Positions 8,707-21,000 are shown, counted from the stretch's first letter. The stretch: 64,000 nt of DNA from an uncultured virus (IMG/VR IMGVR_UViG_3300028327_000658) (IMGVR_UViG_3300028327_000658); one strand, 5' to 3'. The notes: generated by a model from the letters alone, not told the origin. Program-made: numbers and translations.

Positions 8707-9164
8707 TTTTTACCGTCCTTGCCTGAAAAAATACTGTCCGGCGATCGCGACGCGATCTTTCTGGCTTCTTCGAGGCTCTCAAACCCGAACAAACGCGCTT
8801 GCGCATCCGCAACTCGGGTACTGTCGCCCACAAGATCTTTATCCATCATCGACAGCTTATAGCTCGGATAAATGTTGAAAACGCCCAAAGACACCGCAAA
8901 TATTGCAAACATTACAATCAGCCACCGCTTTCTAATCTCGATTTTCCAAAACTTCTTCTCTTGCTCCTCTGCGTGTGTCTTCACCAAAACAAACAGAATC
9001 GTCAAAAAGCACACGAACAGCAAAATATTGCCTAACTTCCGCAAATTAGATATAAGCGCTAACTGTTGCGTTATTATAGGCTCCGTATTAAGCAACGCCT
9101 GATACATCAGCGCGACCATATAGCGAAACTGCCCCATAATGTACGATAGCGTATCGGAGGACAT
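8703..9164 (-). CDS. Membrane protein (2 TM)
   Basis: Two hydrophobic stretches; stop overlaps the start of the next gene. Confidence 0.6.
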   Translation of the reverse strand: MSSDTLSYIMGQFRYMVALMYQALLNTEPIITQQLALISNLRKLGNILLFVCFLTILFVLVKTHAEEQEKKFWKIEIRKRWLIVMFAIFAVSLGVFNIYPSYKLSMMDKDLVGDSTRVADAQARLFGFESLEEARKIASRSPDSIFSGKDGKK

Positions 9165-9166
9165 AT

Positions 9167-10342
9167 TTAGTACCTCACCGTTAATCTGCTCGTCAATAAA
9201 ATGCTGAACTGCGTCCCGACCGGCACCGTAACCGTATGAGGCCTTTCCACGCCGAATTTAGCGATCTCGTTCTGTATCTGCGGAAGCGTTTGGCCGACAA
9301 CCTCAGCCGTAATCGCGTCCCGCGTATCTATCCGGTCTCCCCCGCGATTGTTTGCGTTCCACGCGATAAACCCTCCGGTTATCGCCGCATTCGCGACTAT
9401 AGGGACCGCGCGGCTGCCGTAATGACGGTTTACTTTGCCGGTTACTCCCGGGAAACCCATCTCTATCTGACCCGACAAGGTATATTCCTCGCCCTTAAAC
9501 ACGATTTTCGCCACCTCTACAGGGATTCGGTCGTTTATTTGCCCGGATTGCTGACATATCAGCTGCGCCCCGCGCAGGACGTCAGGCCGGACGATCTTAG
9601 AGGTAAAAAAGCCGGGATGGTCACTGCTTACAAGTTGCTCGGTTATCGCGATTATACGGCTTCCTGACGGCAAAAAATACTCATACGGAGTCACCATGAG
9701 CGGCACGTCCGTCCGACCCTGCTGGCCATCGACGGCGTTGATGGCGATCTGCCTCGCTTCCGCCGCCGTTTTCAGCTTGCTTACCTCCGCATCCGGCAAC
9801 ATCCAAACATTGCCTTGATTCGCCTTGAAATGGCTCACTTTTGTTTGATAATCCGGCGAATACCGCTCCCAAGAACGCGATGAACGCATAAGCGGCGGCA
9901 AATCGACCTTTGGAATAGCCGGATGTTTTTGCTGAGCCTCCTGTAATTCGTTAATTTTACGTACAAGCTCTTCAAAACCCCGCGTTTGCACCGCCTGTAA
10001 CGCCCTGACATCCTGCCCCAAATTAACAATATTGGATTCTTGCACGTCTAACCGTTCATCGACGCTGCTCCCGGCTCCCGGCGTGGCGAGCGAGCTCAGC
10101 GAGGCCGACTTGCCGACCGCACCGCCGGCAGACGACGTTCCGCTTCCAGACCCGACACCGCCAGCTCCGCCACCGGAACCAACGCCGGGGGCTTGCGCCA
10201 CCACCGCCGGCACTTTAGCCTCTTTCGAGGGCGACGATGCAACAATGGCCGTCCCAAACCCTAACGTAGCGACGGAAGTTAACCCGAATAGGCACTTAGC
10301 CCCCGTACTAAGCCCCTTCCACGCATCTAAAATCTTTCCCAT
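9167..10342 (-). CDS. virB10: VirB10/TrbI-like T4SS core protein
   Basis: N-terminal TM, Gly-rich linker, coiled coil, then LPSGSRIIAITEQLVSSDHPG, GVTGKVNRHYG, HTVTVPVGTQFSILL. Confidence 0.8.
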   Translation of the reverse strand: MGKILDAWKGLSTGAKCLFGLTSVATLGFGTAIVASSPSKEAKVPAVVAQAPGVGSGGGAGGVGSGSGTSSAGGAVGKSASLSSLATPGAGSSVDERLDVQESNIVNLGQDVRALQAVQTRGFEELVRKINELQEAQQKHPAIPKVDLPPLMRSSRSWERYSPDYQTKVSHFKANQGNVWMLPDAEVSKLKTAAEARQIAINAVDGQQGRTDVPLMVTPYEYFLPSGSRIIAITEQLVSSDHPGFFTSKIVRPDVLRGAQLICQQSGQINDRIPVEVAKIVFKGEEYTLSGQIEMGFPGVTGKVNRHYGSRAVPIVANAAITGGFIAWNANNRGGDRIDTRDAITAEVVGQTLPQIQNEIAKFGVERPHTVTVPVGTQFSILLTSRLTVRY

Positions 10343-10366
10343 TTTTTTGCGCTCCTTTAACTGAAT

Positions 10367-11281
10367 TTATGATATATAGGCCGTGTAAGACAAGACCTTT
10401 GACCAAATCTCAAAAACAAACTGGATCCGCGAACGCTTGTTCCTTTCGGGCATTTGAAGCGGCACTTTATAAACGTAGGCCCACGTACCGTCCATGTTCT
10501 CCGTCGTGGACACATGATCTGCCGGCAAATCCGCCTGACCCTGCGTAATTTTCAACAGTTTCACTATGTCGCACATATCTTTCTTAACGTTTGCGTACAA
10601 ATATACGTATGCTTCGCCCCGAGTAAAGATAACCCCGTTGATAAACACCGTCGCTCCTTTATATTCAATCCTCATACTCCCCCGGCGATGGTTGAAAAAC
10701 GCCGGCAACGCCTCTACCATCGTGTTTTCGTACACGCTTTTGTTCAGCTCCTTCGTATTCGCCGCCACAGCCGCTTCAACTTCTGCGTCGCATGATTTTT
10801 CTTCAACGGCAACAGCTTCTTGCTTCTTCTCTAAAACAGTGAAATGGATCGCATAAACAACAGGATCGCCTTTAACGCCTCCGCGAATCTTAAATATCAG
10901 GTTCTTCGTCTCCCCTTCAGGCGTTATAACGTTGCAAACTATGCTTGTAGCTATAGCATGATCAATCGTCCGCGTAAAAAACAACGTATTCTGCATAACA
11001 AACGCGTTGATGAAATCAATCGAACCCGGCCGATTCAACGAAAAAGTATACCCTTTCGGCAGCGACACCATCGTTTCCACGTCCAAACTCGCTACAGTCT
11101 CGTATGTCTTGTCAAAATCCAAAACATACGTACCGCGCGGCTCAATCAGATAATACACCTGATGATTCGGCCAATCCGCGTCAACAGCACCCTGCGGCCC
11201 CGGCCCCTGCTGCGCTAACAACGGCATAGCGGCAATAACGCACAGCAACACAATCCTATTTAACGCTGTTAATCTGTTCAT
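10367..11281 (-). CDS. VirB9/TraN-like T4SS core protein
   Basis: Signal peptide, two beta-rich domains joined by a helical linker; lies between the VirB8-like and VirB10-like genes. Confidence 0.5.
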   Translation of the reverse strand: MNRLTALNRIVLLCVIAAMPLLAQQGPGPQGAVDADWPNHQVYYLIEPRGTYVLDFDKTYETVASLDVETMVSLPKGYTFSLNRPGSIDFINAFVMQNTLFFTRTIDHAIATSIVCNVITPEGETKNLIFKIRGGVKGDPVVYAIHFTVLEKKQEAVAVEEKSCDAEVEAAVAANTKELNKSVYENTMVEALPAFFNHRRGSMRIEYKGATVFINGVIFTRGEAYVYLYANVKKDMCDIVKLLKITQGQADLPADHVSTTENMDGTWAYVYKVPLQMPERNKRSRIQFVFEIWSKVLSYTAYIS

Positions 11282-11942
11282 TTAATTCTACGCTCCCTTC
11301 GTTTAAAATTTTTATATCCAATAAAACCAGTGAATGCGGTCTTTTCGTGTAATCAACATTGTTATTCAGCCGTCCCCATTCAACCCGTACATTGAATGTC
11401 TTTGTTTCTTTCGTCAAACCCCCTGCTTTTACTACGCGATGAATTGTTGCAAAAACAGTATAAAATGGATCATTGCGCTTTGTTATCTTCGGGTACATCT
11501 CCCACTTAATAAACGACTCTAACTGGTCCGTTATGCACTTTTTAACCTCTGCCCCATCCAAAAAATCACCCCCCAAACTATTCCGAAACGTCGCGTTCCC
11601 CAGCTCGTATACGCTCTTACGCGCGATTTCTATGTATTGATAGTCAAAATTGAAAAAATTCTCGCAAACTTGCGTGGTATAATAGATTAATTGCCTATCT
11701 ATCAAAACCTGCGCAACATTCGTACCCTGCGCTATCGGCGCGTAAGTCCGGCCGGTCGTCCCGTCAATCACCACTATCTGCGGCGGCCGCGACAGCGAAT
11801 TGAACAACATGAATATCAAAACCAACACAAATCCGGCCATCACAATAATGCCGATACGGGCATTAAAAGCCATCTGCAAGATTTGCTTCATGTAGAAGCG
11901 GTCTGTCCGCTCCGGCATATTCTTCTTTATTTCGTTTGCCAT
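11256..11942 (-). CDS. VirB8/TrbF/TraK-like inner-membrane protein
   Basis: Single TM then PQIVVIDGTTG, an NTF2-like region ending RPHSLVLLDI; synteny. Confidence 0.65.
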   Translation of the reverse strand: MANEIKKNMPERTDRFYMKQILQMAFNARIGIIVMAGFVLVLIFMLFNSLSRPPQIVVIDGTTGRTYAPIAQGTNVAQVLIDRQLIYYTTQVCENFFNFDYQYIEIARKSVYELGNATFRNSLGGDFLDGAEVKKCITDQLESFIKWEMYPKITKRNDPFYTVFATIHRVVKAGGLTKETKTFNVRVEWGRLNNNVDYTKRPHSLVLLDIKILNEGSVELNEQINSVK

Positions 11943-11955
11943 GTTTCACCGTTCC

Positions 11956-13503
11956 TTATTTATCCGAACTTTTGTCCGAACCGCTCGAACCGCTGGGTGT
12001 AGTGCCGCCGTTCCCAGAGCCTCCCGAACTGTTATTTGGGGCCGCAGAACCGCCTCCCTGTGCGCTGCTATTACCGCCGCCACCGCCGCCGCCTGAATTT
12101 GAAGCGTTATTCGTGCTATTCGAACCGCCGCCGGGCGTAGACGACCCTTTGTTGCTATTCGAACCGCCCCCAGACCCGGAAGCCGCAGTCGTTGCCGTAC
12201 CGCCCCCGCCACCGGGCGTATTACCGCCGCCGCCGGGCGTGCTGCCGCCGCCCCGACCCATCATCCTAGACGCTTCGCTTTTGGCCAGTTTGAACGCCGA
12301 ATCCCCAAAACTGGATAACTTCCCCCCTAATTCGGTATGTCCCCCCGCAACCTTACTGGCAACTTTCGCCCCCGCTCCGGCAATAACAGCCCCTCCGGCA
12401 ACAACCCCGCCAGATACAGCCCCAAAAGCAAACATCGACCCTACGCCGCCCGCGTTGCCGAAAATCGCCGCTGAAATCGGATACGACAGACATATCAAAA
12501 CCAAAGACAGTATGCCGTATATCATCGACAGCACTATATTTATAGCACCTTGAACTGCTGCCCCGAAATTATTGATTTCGCCATATACGTTCGCGCACCC
12601 TCCGGTTAAAACCGCCAAACTCGCGATTACACTCATGAAAGATATTGTCAGCAAAAACGAAAACCAATTCGTCGCGACATTCTTTGTTGCATCAAACAAC
12701 ATAAAAGGAATGCACAACGGCCCGATATACATCGCCAACATAAATATCAACGACTGCAAAAGCGGAAAAATCATATTCAAAATTATTGCAAAAATATAGA
12801 TTATACCTGATAATAGCGTACCGACAGTTGCCGAAGTCATAGCAACCGCGCCCCAAACTGTCGTCACACCACCCCATCCGGTAACTATATGATCTTTGAA
12901 TCCAATCAAAACATTCTTCATTATTGATCCTGCAATAGCATCCGTTATCCCCCCTACACAATCCACCACCAAATACAAATATATCGACGGTGTCAGCAAA
13001 ATAGCGACTAACAACACCCGCGCGATATTTTTCTGTAAAACACGCATTGGATGAACACCCTGGCCAAGCACATTATTGACATAATCTAAAAGCAACTGCA
13101 CCAAAAACAACGCAAACCCAAGAAGCAATCCGATTCGACACAAACCGCCGATATTTTGCTCTACTGTCGCTCTGTTCTTATCAACATATCTCCCTGCGTA
13201 CCAAAGTTTTGCAAACAATTCATTTAAAAACTTATTAAGTTTCTTTTGCTCTTTATCTTTCACAGTAAGGTTTACTAAAGAATCATATTCATCGTTAATC
13301 CGATCCATATCCATACCGGGATATGCAGACACTTCAATCACAAGTTCTAAATTATTATTAACTGTTTTAGCATCCAAACACTTCCCTTCACTCTCCACAT
13401 AGTAATGACCTGGAGGACATGACTTTACATCCTCTCCCTCGGCAAACGCAGATATAACACACATAAAAAACACTAAAACAGCAAAATTCAATGTCTTTTT
13501 CAC
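11956..13503 (-). CDS. VirB6/TrbL-like polytopic membrane protein with Gly/Ser-rich tail
   Basis: Multiple TMs, IGPLCIPFMLFDATKNVATNWF motif, long G/S/N tail. Confidence 0.75.
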   Translation of the reverse strand: MKKTLNFAVLVFFMCVISAFAEGEDVKSCPPGHYYVESEGKCLDAKTVNNNLELVIEVSAYPGMDMDRINDEYDSLVNLTVKDKEQKKLNKFLNELFAKLWYAGRYVDKNRATVEQNIGGLCRIGLLLGFALFLVQLLLDYVNNVLGQGVHPMRVLQKNIARVLLVAILLTPSIYLYLVVDCVGGITDAIAGSIMKNVLIGFKDHIVTGWGGVTTVWGAVAMTSATVGTLLSGIIYIFAIILNMIFPLLQSLIFMLAMYIGPLCIPFMLFDATKNVATNWFSFLLTISFMSVIASLAVLTGGCANVYGEINNFGAAVQGAINIVLSMIYGILSLVLICLSYPISAAIFGNAGGVGSMFAFGAVSGGVVAGGAVIAGAGAKVASKVAGGHTELGGKLSSFGDSAFKLAKSEASRMMGRGGGSTPGGGGNTPGGGGGTATTAASGSGGGSNSNKGSSTPGGGSNSTNNASNSGGGGGGGNSSAQGGGSAAPNNSSGGSGNGGTTPSGSSGSDKSSDK

Positions 13504-13591
13504 GTTTAGCTCCTTATTTTATTGTAGATAAAAACGACCCCAAAAGATAAACCGACCCGCCAAATCCTCTGGGATCGCCACTTCCATATCG

Positions 13592-14737
13592 TTACTTTCC
13601 GCTTCCGCCTCCACCTCCGCTTCCACCCCCGCCTCCGCCTCCATCCCCGCTTCCACCTTGACCGCCCCCGCTCTGGTTACCCTGACCGCCCCCCCTTGCT
13701 CCGCCTGTCCCGGCAATGTTTTTTAACCTTGCAAGGTAATTTTTGGCCTTATATGTCTCACCGACAACAGAATTTATTATCGTCCCGGCCACCGCCACCG
13801 GCATCAAATACACCGTCAAACCACAAATAAAACTCAAAATCAGCCCCACCGCGCCGAACGCTCCGCTTCGAAAAATTTGCGCAATCACAAAAGTCACCAG
13901 CGTCAGATACGCCAAAACTAGTATCCCATAAAGCAACGCTTGTAAATATTGTAAAAGCAACATCCCTTCTGCTATCAACTCCAATAATCCTGTCGCACCA
14001 AGAGTTACTAAACCAATTATCGTAATAAACGCAAAAAAGACGCTTCCCAATAAAAAATTTATCCACGCTTTTACTATCCCTCCCCAAAGCGGGGAAAATG
14101 CCATACATATCGGTCCCATTAACAACGCAATAAACATAAAAAAAGGTCCTAACGACATAAATAATACCAAAAATATCAATATCAGCTGTACCACTATTAT
14201 CAATGTCGTCAAAAGTTGCGGAAACACAAAAAATACCGCAGCCGAAAGTATGTTGCCGACCGTTCTCCCTATGGCTTGAAAAAAACTCAACGCCTCTGAT
14301 CCATCCGGTGCTTGTAACGTAATTAAAAAATAACGAATTTGCACTCGAAACTGCTGCATACCCTTTTGCGCCACACCGCCGTTAAACGCTTGTACCACAC
14401 CGACTATCCAATCACATATAACACCATAAAACACCCCAAAAAATATCACCACTAACAATGATTTTGCAAATATAGCGATATAATCTCTTATGTTAAATTC
14501 AAACCCTTTTTCAACAAACTTGTGAACTATCGCTATCAACGTAATTCCAAACAACAACAACATTCCAATCCTGCTCATCCCGCCGACCACGCCCGAATCC
14601 GTCAATGTCGTCCAAAAAGATGACGTATTAAACACTCCTTCGTACGCCGACAATTTATCTAACGCATCCAACGCATCCCCTGCCAGCTTTTGAACACCTT
14701 TAATTCCAGAGAGCGTTTTGGTAGTATCAACCGCCAT
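13592..14737 (-). CDS. Second VirB6/TrbL-like protein
   Basis: Multiple TMs, MGPICMAFSPLWGGIVKAWINF motif, Gly-rich tail. Confidence 0.75.
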   Translation of the reverse strand: MAVDTTKTLSGIKGVQKLAGDALDALDKLSAYEGVFNTSSFWTTLTDSGVVGGMSRIGMLLLFGITLIAIVHKFVEKGFEFNIRDYIAIFAKSLLVVIFFGVFYGVICDWIVGVVQAFNGGVAQKGMQQFRVQIRYFLITLQAPDGSEALSFFQAIGRTVGNILSAAVFFVFPQLLTTLIIVVQLILIFLVLFMSLGPFFMFIALLMGPICMAFSPLWGGIVKAWINFLLGSVFFAFITIIGLVTLGATGLLELIAEGMLLLQYLQALLYGILVLAYLTLVTFVIAQIFRSGAFGAVGLILSFICGLTVYLMPVAVAGTIINSVVGETYKAKNYLARLKNIAGTGGARGGGQGNQSGGGQGGSGDGGGGGGGSGGGGGSGK

Positions 14738-15879
14738 TATAACCCCCGCTCCGCGTTTTTGGCTAGTGCTTCCATATACTCCAGATACTTCTCTTTCCCG
14801 GCGATCAACACCTGCAACGATTGTTCATACGTCATCGCTGCCTCCTGCCTCTCAACCTGATCCTTATTATACAAATTCGACTTCATAACATCTAACTGAG
14901 TATGCAACTGCCCAATCCTTACCGTCTGTTGCTTCACAATGCTTCTCTGCAACGCCAAAAAACCCGACAACTCCATCCCGTCTACCAATGTTTGGCCGGT
15001 ATTGGACAACGCCTTTTCAACCTTATCCAAACAGTTACGCGATAACGTCAGCGTATCGCCCCGCCCGCTCGTATCTTTACCGTAATAGTCCATTTCTAAC
15101 ATCATTAACGCATATATTGCGTCAGACGAATAATTTAACGTCCTCAACGGCAACAATCGCGACTGCCAATTCGGTATCTTTGCTGTGTCAAACCCTCCGT
15201 CTTTATCCATCACATAAAGTATCTCGTCGCCGTCCACTTTCGGAACAAATGTCGCTTTTATGTTGCTTCTTATCTTCTCTATCTCTTTTTTAGATGCCGC
15301 CGTGTCTTTAACATCGACAAATCCCATTAAATAACCTGAAAACGATGTATATAAACTAACATACTTCCCCCGCCAATTCGCCCCGTTCTTATCGGCATCA
15401 AACAACTTTTCACGCTTTTTATCCCAGCTCCGCTTCGGATCTACCAACTTCGCCCACGTAAATTCTTGCATCAAATCCCTCGTATCGTCTACTAAACGTC
15501 TCGCCGATTTATAATACGCGACAAGCGTCGGCTTCGTTGTCCTCCATAAATCAACCCGCTTCGCCGCCTTACCTAACGCATCATCAACTTTTTTTAATGC
15601 CGCCTCTATCGACGCTATTATTGACTTTTTAGAATTCGTGTACGGCAATACCACACCAGGTATCGCATCTATAAGTGCTGCTTCGGGATCTTCTATTAAT
15701 GCCTCTATTGATTCCTCTGCCCCTATAACATCATCAGCCGTAGCACTCGCGGACTGTAACATACTTGCTTTCTTAAACAAACCAAACGGGCTGCTACCAA
15801 CATCCCCGTCCATTATCGACTGCGCAATCGTTTGTGAAAACAACATAAATACTAATCCAAAAATGAACGTTTTTTTCAT
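14737..15879 (-). CDS. Secreted helical protein, possible VirB5/TrbJ-like
   Basis: Signal peptide, long helices, immediately upstream of the VirB6-like genes. Confidence 0.4.
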   Translation of the reverse strand: MKKTFIFGLVFMLFSQTIAQSIMDGDVGSSPFGLFKKASMLQSASATADDVIGAEESIEALIEDPEAALIDAIPGVVLPYTNSKKSIIASIEAALKKVDDALGKAAKRVDLWRTTKPTLVAYYKSARRLVDDTRDLMQEFTWAKLVDPKRSWDKKREKLFDADKNGANWRGKYVSLYTSFSGYLMGFVDVKDTAASKKEIEKIRSNIKATFVPKVDGDEILYVMDKDGGFDTAKIPNWQSRLLPLRTLNYSSDAIYALMMLEMDYYGKDTSGRGDTLTLSRNCLDKVEKALSNTGQTLVDGMELSGFLALQRSIVKQQTVRIGQLHTQLDVMKSNLYNKDQVERQEAAMTYEQSLQVLIAGKEKYLEYMEALAKNAERGL

Positions 15880-16784
15880 TTTTCATCTCCATTATCTAAC
15901 CGTGAATTATAGACCAGCCGCCTATGCATATTTACCGTCTCCAAATTCTTCGTCTCTCTTAACAACATTGATGATAAGTATGTTATCCGTTCTCCCTGCA
16001 ACTCATGTATACTATAATTCGATACCAACTCTGCCCGTCTTATCCGTACATTTTCTGACGCTAACACCTCGGGTTTGGCCGTTAAATGTCCTTTATTATC
16101 CGTTTGCATTATCCTCTTTAACATATCCTTATACAACCCGTTCATATGTCTCGCAACCGAATCGCGAGCCTCTTTTTGCGCCCACGAAAACCATGTTATT
16201 CCTCGCGCGGTAGTCTTTAACGAATCCCATTCATACAATGCAACGTCTTTAATCCTAATCGTACTCCCTTTCAGGTCACCCCATCTATCCTGAACATTTG
16301 CTATCGATTCCGGCAAATCCTGCCACACTCCAACCATTATAGAATCATTCCTTTGCAAAATTTCTTCTTCCAAATAAATAATTGCATCCCAAGGACGTTT
16401 GTTATATTTACCGCTATCCAAAGATTTACTAAATTCCCTGACATTATAAACGACCGTCGTACACTGTTCAGCAATACTCTCGAACGTTTCCAAAACATTA
16501 GCTATAGCATCTATTTGATTTTGTACCGATTCAACAACGTCCAAAACAACATTTACCTCTCTCAATACTGCCGTTGCACCCTGCCTAAGCATAATATATG
16601 TATTTAAGATGTTCTCCCACGTTTTATTTTCCGCTGTTTTTTGCCCTGGTTCAGCCAATTTTTTCGCATTTAGAGACTCCGTAACTCCATTCGTCGGACC
16701 ATCTTTAACCGGATTCACTATTTTTTGTGAATACGCCGTCCCGATTAAGCATAATATCAGCGCAAACATAATATATCTTCTCAT
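15876..16784 (-). CDS. Secreted helical protein, possible VirB5/TrbJ-like
   Basis: Signal peptide, heptad-like helices, between VirB4 and VirB6. Confidence 0.4.
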   Translation of the reverse strand: MRRYIMFALILCLIGTAYSQKIVNPVKDGPTNGVTESLNAKKLAEPGQKTAENKTWENILNTYIMLRQGATAVLREVNVVLDVVESVQNQIDAIANVLETFESIAEQCTTVVYNVREFSKSLDSGKYNKRPWDAIIYLEEEILQRNDSIMVGVWQDLPESIANVQDRWGDLKGSTIRIKDVALYEWDSLKTTARGITWFSWAQKEARDSVARHMNGLYKDMLKRIMQTDNKGHLTAKPEVLASENVRIRRAELVSNYSIHELQGERITYLSSMLLRETKNLETVNMHRRLVYNSRLDNGDEK

Positions 16785-18064
16785 TTTCCCGTACGCTCCA
16801 TTGAATATAATGTGTTTAACTGTTTTATTCTCTCCATTTCTATTTTATTACGGCGATACGCTTCTACCGCCAACAATACAGCTGCGGATCGTGCCTTTAT
16901 CATCTCAATATCACGGTATAACATATCTTGTTTTAACAACACAAAATCAACCCCGTTCTGTAAATGCATTATATCTTGATATGATACCGCTTTTTTCTTC
17001 CCCCATTCCGTGATCGGCCTCACCTCGCCGGCATCCGTAACAGGAACTTTCCATGATGCTTTATCTTCGTTTTTCGTACCGCCTTCAGTCTCTATCCACG
17101 GATTATCCACAGTATCCTTAGACGATTCTTTCACGCTCACCTTTTCTGCGGATTTCTTTTGTTGTTTATCTGCTTTCCCTTCCTTTAAATTGTAAAATTG
17201 CCCGACTAAATAATCACCTGCGGCCTCAAATTCTTGTATTTGCGCTTCCATCACTTGCATGCTCGTTAAATTATACGACACCATCTCCACCATATATTTA
17301 AGCAAAAGATCTTCGTGTTCCAAAGCCACAGCACTATAAATAGTATCCGTCATATTACGTTGTACGTCACGCAATGCCTCTATTTTGTCCCTCGCGTCCA
17401 AAATTTCTTCCGATGTTGCACCTTTTTTTGAAATAATCGTCGTATAAACATTAATTTTCTGCTCGATACGCTCATTTGTAAATTCGGCATAAGACACAAA
17501 ACCGCCCATCAGCTGTCTTTTTGTCCTCTCCATACTCGTGTCAGAATAATACTCTGTAACAAATTCCTTGTTTTTAGTATATCGATAGCCGTAATTAAAT
17601 ATCGAATCCAAGTCAAAAATGTAATCCGCTGATGCCGTCACGAAATTCACCGCCGACCACGACCGCAACGCGCCGCCGCAATCATACATGATTATTTCAT
17701 GCGCATAGTTCAAAGACGATGCCCAAGAATTCATGTCATATGGATCGAATTTCGCACACAACTTCTCAATATCTTTATATGTCTGTTCTAGTGCATCTTT
17801 TGTCGCCTTCAAGTTTTTGTAACTCTCAGAAAACTGATCCGCTAATGCCAAAGTTGTTTCCGCAAACGAAACCATCACCCGCCACATGCTCACTGCATTC
17901 GCTACCCACGCCACTTCATGTATATTCGGAACGGCATCTTTAATCCACTTACTAACATACTTCCCCAAAAAACTCTGCGAAGCATCACCACACACACTAC
18001 TACATAAGCAAAAACAAAACATCGCAACTAAAATACGTTTCTTTATCGTTTGATTCGATGCCAT
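16781..18064 (-). CDS. Secreted helical protein, possible VirB5/TrbJ-like
   Basis: Signal peptide, coiled-coil character, between VirB4 and VirB6. Confidence 0.4.
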   Translation of the reverse strand: MASNQTIKKRILVAMFCFCLCSSVCGDASQSFLGKYVSKWIKDAVPNIHEVAWVANAVSMWRVMVSFAETTLALADQFSESYKNLKATKDALEQTYKDIEKLCAKFDPYDMNSWASSLNYAHEIIMYDCGGALRSWSAVNFVTASADYIFDLDSIFNYGYRYTKNKEFVTEYYSDTSMERTKRQLMGGFVSYAEFTNERIEQKINVYTTIISKKGATSEEILDARDKIEALRDVQRNMTDTIYSAVALEHEDLLLKYMVEMVSYNLTSMQVMEAQIQEFEAAGDYLVGQFYNLKEGKADKQQKKSAEKVSVKESSKDTVDNPWIETEGGTKNEDKASWKVPVTDAGEVRPITEWGKKKAVSYQDIMHLQNGVDFVLLKQDMLYRDIEMIKARSAAVLLAVEAYRRNKIEMERIKQLNTLYSMERTGK

Positions 18065-18093
18065 AATTATCCACCTTTAAGTAAACTTATACA

Positions 18094-21000
18094 TTACATC
18101 CCAATTTTCTCCGCTTTTCGAGTAGAATCCCTTTTAGCCTTTGCTATAGATTCCCTCGCTTTCGCCTTCCGTATCTGCGCATCGTCTATCTCAACAAAAT
18201 TCCATGTCTTGGGATCCGCCCAAAAGTCATATTTACCTACAAAACCTACTCTTTGTTTAATATTTTGTTCTAACAACCCATCCGGCGGCCGCAAGCCCGA
18301 AGCTATCGGCATCACGCTCGGATTACTCCAGTCTTTGTTCGCATCTACCAAATTATTACCGATATTCGTCCACGTCTCCCCAGACGATACATCCGACACA
18401 TATTGCCCATACTTATTCCAATCGTCGGCCTCTTTTTCAAAAACATCCAACATCGTCGCTAACGCCGTAACTCCGTTAGACATCGTCTTTATGTGTATAT
18501 TATCATAATACAGTAAGACTACCCCAGTCCCGCGCGAAAGGAACTGTCCTTTAGTCACGCTGCGCTTTTTACTCTTGCTATCCCTTTGAGAATTAACTAT
18601 CGCGCTTTGTGTATTTGACGCTAACGCAATATCCATCTCGACATCCAACAGATTACTAGCTGTCAACATATCAATCATCTCTTTACCCAAGCCCACCGCC
18701 CCGCCAACATAAAACGTATCTAACTGCCAAGCCATTGCATCACACACATGCCCAAAATCAGACACAGCCCCCTGCAAACGCCCCAAAGACGCGTCAAACT
18801 TCCGCATCTCTCGCGTTGCAATCAGTTGCGATACTTTCCACCACGGCCCCTCCCATTCAAAATCTTTATAATAATCACGGACATTCTGTGCTGCTGTCAC
18901 AAGCCCGTCCCACGTTTTATCTATCCGTTTATACGTCTCTTGCGCAGAATTTACCAAGTCTAAGGTTTCTTGAAATTCTTTATACAACCGCCAACTCCTT
19001 TTTATCCATTTCACCGTTGTTTGTACTACTTTATTGTTTTCATACATCTCATTAACCTTGTAAGCACACGCCGCCACAAAACTTATCGGCATAGGCACGT
19101 CCGCCGGATGTGTCGCCAACCAATATGCACCCTTAACTGTCGCATTTACACCTTCAGCCCAAGCGATCAATTCCACGATATTCCATACTGCTGTCCAATT
19201 TATGTTATCAGGAAACCCTTTCGCCCTCGTTGCCGGATCCGCATTGTCAGATCGATAGTCTTTTAAACGGTATCTATTAATAGCTTTTTGATAATCCACT
19301 GTATCATTTACTAGTGAATCTGTCTCTATTGCAACCGATGTCAGATACTTGTTTGTATGCGGCAAATCGGTATCTGTAAATTGACCAAAATAATCATACA
19401 ATTCTGTTCCACCTTGTTCTGGCCCTAAATAAATATTTCCTAATAAAAAACAACCTTCCTTTAATGGTAACTTATCGTGACTTTGTAATGTTTTAATTTC
19501 ACGTGCATACAACGGCATCGGGAATTTGTAGTTTCCCTTCTGATCTTTTTGTTTTGGACAAACATATACTAAATCAGCACTTTTTTTGATTTCCATGCTA
19601 GCTTCGTAACATTTTTGCCAATCATCATTCAGGCTTCCTTTAACCGTATTTTCAATACCTTCATATACTGTATGACACATCTTTCTACCCAAAATTGGGG
19701 CTTCGTGTGAATAAAATCGTTCTTTTTTCCCTGTTTTTGGATTTTTAACTTCAACATATGAACCACCATATGTCTCGCCAATAATAGGCCCCATACCATA
19801 AAGATGCTCCCAAAAAAAATCCGAGCCCATAACACTTAAATATTCCAGCCATCCGCCCTTCCCTTCCATTTCGAAAATCGGCCTTTCTGAATTATAAACA
19901 GCATATCCTACTATCCAAACAGACCCATCTTTGTTCCTATGAACCAATGGCCACTTAAATGTCATATAATATTCGTGTTTCCGAGTAACATCATATCTTG
20001 AAAGTTCTCTCTTCATCCACAATCGCAAAAATTGATTATCCCCTTCATAATAACTATTATGAACTATAAAGTCTGTAGCATCAACATACGGTGCGTATCC
20101 ATTGATTGCATTACCGAAATACCACCCTGAGTCAAGATACGTCAACGATTTACCTGGCACATCCTCCGCTACATAATAAAATCCCTTTTCTGCCAATTTT
20201 TTTAATGCTACCCGACCATCAAATCCTACACTATCCGGACTACGCATAAATTCTTTCAAGTCATTTGTAAACATATTTTGTACATACTTCAATTCCTTCT
20301 TTACTGCTAACGTTATATATCCATCTACTTTATTTTTATCCAACTCACGCTTACCGTTAATATTTTGCCCAATATACGGCAAATCCAACGGTGATTCCCA
20401 TTGCCACCACCCATAATGTGGATAGCCATACTGCCTCGCTTCCCGGTTCTCTAACATTAACAATTCCGCTGCTGCACTACCCAAAAACCCCCAAAAATCA
20501 AAATATTGAAACCCATCCGATAACGGCAAATCCGTAACCTGAAAAAGATACAACGTATCAATCCGAACTAATTTTATAGTATCCTTTATTACCTTTTTCC
20601 CATCATTCCAGACTCGCTCCCGTACTTCGTTTATCTCACTTCCTTCAACTCTCTCGTGATAATTCATTTGATGATTGGTTACAACCGAACCTCCCCCTTT
20701 TTTTGTTGTTGTTGTCCAATTATGTATCGTTCCGCCCATATCTTCTTCAATATCGCCCCTTTTAACATCCAAATGGGGACCTATATCACAGTTTTGGCCC
20801 AGCACACATCGCATACATGAATCACACGTCCTCACCCCATCCGTCCACAAATACTCTAAATACTGTGCCGCAATACTCTCCTTCTTAATAATATTCGGCC
20901 TCATCTTATACAACCCCGTAATATTGTAACTCACACCTTGCAACGGATTAAGTGACATCGGTGTACCTGACAGTAACTTAAGCGTTTTTGCATCATAAAT

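Noticed and set aside
17088..17112. PWIET peptide suggesting another I-C repeat
   Set aside because: The DNA reads CGTGGATAGAGAC and lacks the GTCG-stem half.
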